In this document: one piece after another, positions 10,912-12,797 of the stretch
How the letters are laid out: every line of letters starts with the position of its first letter
Numbering within the stretch: the first letter of the stretch is position 1
Assembly (NCBI RefSeq): GCF_000143415.4
Contig: NW_003314311.1
Span: 209,785 to 222,581, forward strand
Direction: 5' to 3'
Source: Selaginella moellendorffii
Lineage: Eukaryota; Plantae; Lycopodiophyta
DNA: 12,797 nucleotides
Notes under the pieces: model-generated
Database searches by the model: none
What the model saw: only the letters and a program-made list of their open reading frames with translations
What the model was told of the DNA's origin: nothing
Position numbers and translations under genes: made by a program

Positions 10912-11122
10912 TAAAGTTTTCAGAGACGTTGCAATTACTCTCGTATGCCTGTTGCCAAGACCCTCGTCGTGCAAAGTAGCTATACCCATGGCAGATACCT
11001 CTTCCCATTTTACCAAAACAGTGCCTGTTTCAAGAATCCGATGCGGTTGGACTTTTTGTAGTCACAACAGCATGCTTGTCCTTCTCATTTTTGACATGTT
11101 GCAGTCGTTGCATCAATCGAAC
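10912..11122 (-). pseudogene. Possible deleted fragment of an RLK/Pelle-type kinase domain (subdomains III-VIb)
   Basis: Minus strand, in order across two frames: VRLMQRLQHVKN, then HRIL, then KWEE.SAMGIATLHDEG...RVIATSLKT. This resembles EVxLxxRLQHxN / RxLVYEY / W..R..IA.G.A.GL.YLH.E...RVIHRDLK. The catalytic HRD is absent. Confidence 0.35.
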
Positions 11123-11124
11123 AC

Positions 11125-11630
11125 ACTCCAACGAGTTCCATGATGGCATCCTGCAATTTAAGCTTGTCGAAATGGCGTGCTCATTCCAGGCAATGCAAGG
11201 TGCATATCTTTCCACCGAAAGAAGCCAGAAGAATGGGAAAGTGAAATCATTTTCAGTAACTCCAACCCCAGGCCACCTCATCGTCAGGAGTGTTTCCAGA
11301 CGTTTGCAAGCTTGTCCGATGCTCAAAAGCCTTGCCTTGAGTGCACCTCTCGATCAGCTGTGCAACCGAGTAGAGAGACTCCCGGAACGAACAATGCTTC
11401 TTGCCACTTCGAGGCATTTCTCGAGATTGAAAAGTAATTTGAGAAGCTTGAGTGATCCTTGGTCGTTCTCCAATTCTAGAGAGCTCTTTCTCCCAAGCAA
11501 TCACCTGAGTTTTCAGATACATGGGAAACAAATGGGTTGGCACTTGCCAGAAAAGAAACAACTTCTGGAATTGCCTCCAAGTCAGGAGATTCTTGGCGCA
11601 GCAGCTTTCAGATTGCATTGCCCCACAGTC
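11125..11630 (-). pseudogene. Broken ORF of unknown family, copy 2 (paralog of 7181-7809)
   Basis: ORFs 11253-11618 and 11030-11326 share peptides with copy 1 but have different frameshifts. Confidence 0.55.
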
Positions 11631-12129
11631 AAAAGAAGATCTAGGATTTAGTAGAATAGAAGCCCTATCCTAGCCTTCAAATGCAGAAATGGTGTGAACT
11701 TTTTTCTTCCTTGCTCCCATGTAGACTTGCGGATAACTCTAACAACAAAAACAATAGAATAATTTTTTTTCCAAAGCAAACCAAGCATTCTGCAGTAAAC
11801 TATGGAAAATGTACTACTAGATTTTACATGATTAACAGCCCTTTCTAGCATTCTTGCTTGAATCGTACTTTGATGCTCATCTAGTAGACAAGATTGGAGA
11901 GAAAAGGAGATTCAGAGCTGCTTATCTTCAGTGCAGCATGTGAGATCTTTCAGGCTCTAGTCCGCACTCCCAGTGAGCTAGTCTTTGTACTGTGAGAGTA
12001 CACATCCACATTGTTCACAAGTTCCAACAAATGAATGAAGTGTCAGAAGATTTTCTACTGACCACATACCTAGAGGGTTGAATACTACTAGATTAACCAA
12101 TAGTCTTCCCTTCATTGTTTTCTTCCCAG

Positions 12130-12600
12130 TTTCAGAGGATCCGGCCAGAAACTGTCTTCCAAGAGATAAGCCTCAAGAAAGACGTGGATGGCCTCATGAT
12201 TTCTAGCCAAGTTTCATGCCATGCATCTCGTGAGCTTGCCTAGAGCTTCTTACTTGATATAAGAGAGGAAGAAAGTGGTGATCATTGGTTGTAGCAACAC
12301 TGTCGGCCTTCCAACAGTGCTACTCCAGAGACACAATGCCACTGTCAAAATCATGGATAAGAACACACCAAACTAGTAGATTGCTCAGACTGCTGATATC
12401 CTGATTAGGAAATGCAAATCTTGTGAGAAGAAACTGGATCAAACCTGGAGCCATAAGAATGAGCCAAGTAAAGGTGTGTGTCTCTCTCCATACTTGGTTT
12501 GTAGAGCTTGACTTTGTATCTCCAGGATCCTCACTCAGAAGAATTGCCACGAGGTGAGAAAGTAGCGACTTTGATCACAGCATTACCACAGAGTAGGATG
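12130..12600 (+). pseudogene. folD: Bifunctional 5,10-methylene-THF dehydrogenase/cyclohydrolase pseudogene
   Basis: Manual translation after a CCCAG acceptor (12129): ...VFQEISLKKDVDGL / PSFMPCIS*ACLELLT* / KKVVIIGCSNTVGLPTVLLQRHNATVKIMDKNTPN**IAQTADILI / GNANLVRRNWIKPGA, then a 52-nt GT-AG intron (12474-12525), then DP...EKVATLITALP. These match the FolD motifs KDVDG, PCTP..CLELL, VIGRSNIVGLP..LLLQRH.ATV, ADI.I, WIKPGA and KVAS.ITPVP in the correct order. At least 3 frameshifts and 4 stops. A weaker upstream exon (IGEKR/DSELL...AACE) may lie at ~11903-11950. Confidence 0.9.
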
Positions 12601-12797
12601 AAACTGCTTCCTTACAAAAGAAAAATGTGAGAGAAAGACATTGACACTAGAGGTACTTTGAGCACTATCTAGTATACATTATAATTGTAAATCATTTTAT
12701 GGTCGACTTTCTATCAAATCAATATATCTAGACTTCATCCGCTTTATCTTTCTTACTTTTCCAACATTGGTTTTAGTTCTATATTTTAGTGTTAATT
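12571..12797 (+). repeat. Direct repeat partner of 9061-9287, runs to the window edge
   Basis: See 9061-9287. The offset between copies is ~3510 bp. Confidence 0.92.

Larger units (their letters stand above)
9587..11650 (-). repeat. Right arm of inverted repeat 2 (~2.05 kb); outer boundary approximate
   Basis: Reverse complement of ~7140-9053, with an extra ~200-bp block at ~10912-11120. Confidence 0.93.

Noticed and set aside
1-12797. CRISPR array, tRNA/rRNA, or a prokaryotic operon or defence system
   Set aside because: No regularly spaced repeats, no structural-RNA signatures and low coding density; spliceosomal intron signals point to a eukaryote.

Overview
This is eukaryotic, plant-like DNA with short GT-AG introns (about 50-80 nt) and three N-gaps. 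I see no intact, recognisable protein-coding gene, RNA gene, CRISPR array or prokaryotic system. The left half (1-~6780) is AT-rich and CpG-poor and contains a ~2 kb inverted pair of ~0.85 kb repeats with TG...CA ends (1845-2695 / 3089-3901). The right half is more CpG-rich and is a mosaic of decayed gene pieces built around a ~4.5 kb inverted duplication (arms ~7140-9053 and 9587-~11650, spacer 533 bp). The arms carry two differently broken copies of an unknown ORF, which differ by a ~57 bp micro-inversion, plus possible F-box and kinase remnants. A clear intron-containing folD (methylene-THF dehydrogenase/cyclohydrolase) pseudogene lies at ~12130-12600, and its 3' end is duplicated inside the spacer of the large inverted repeat. 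The most interesting candidate is a hairpin-RNA/small-RNA locus formed by inverted duplication of gene fragments. All alignments and counts were done by hand and are approximate.
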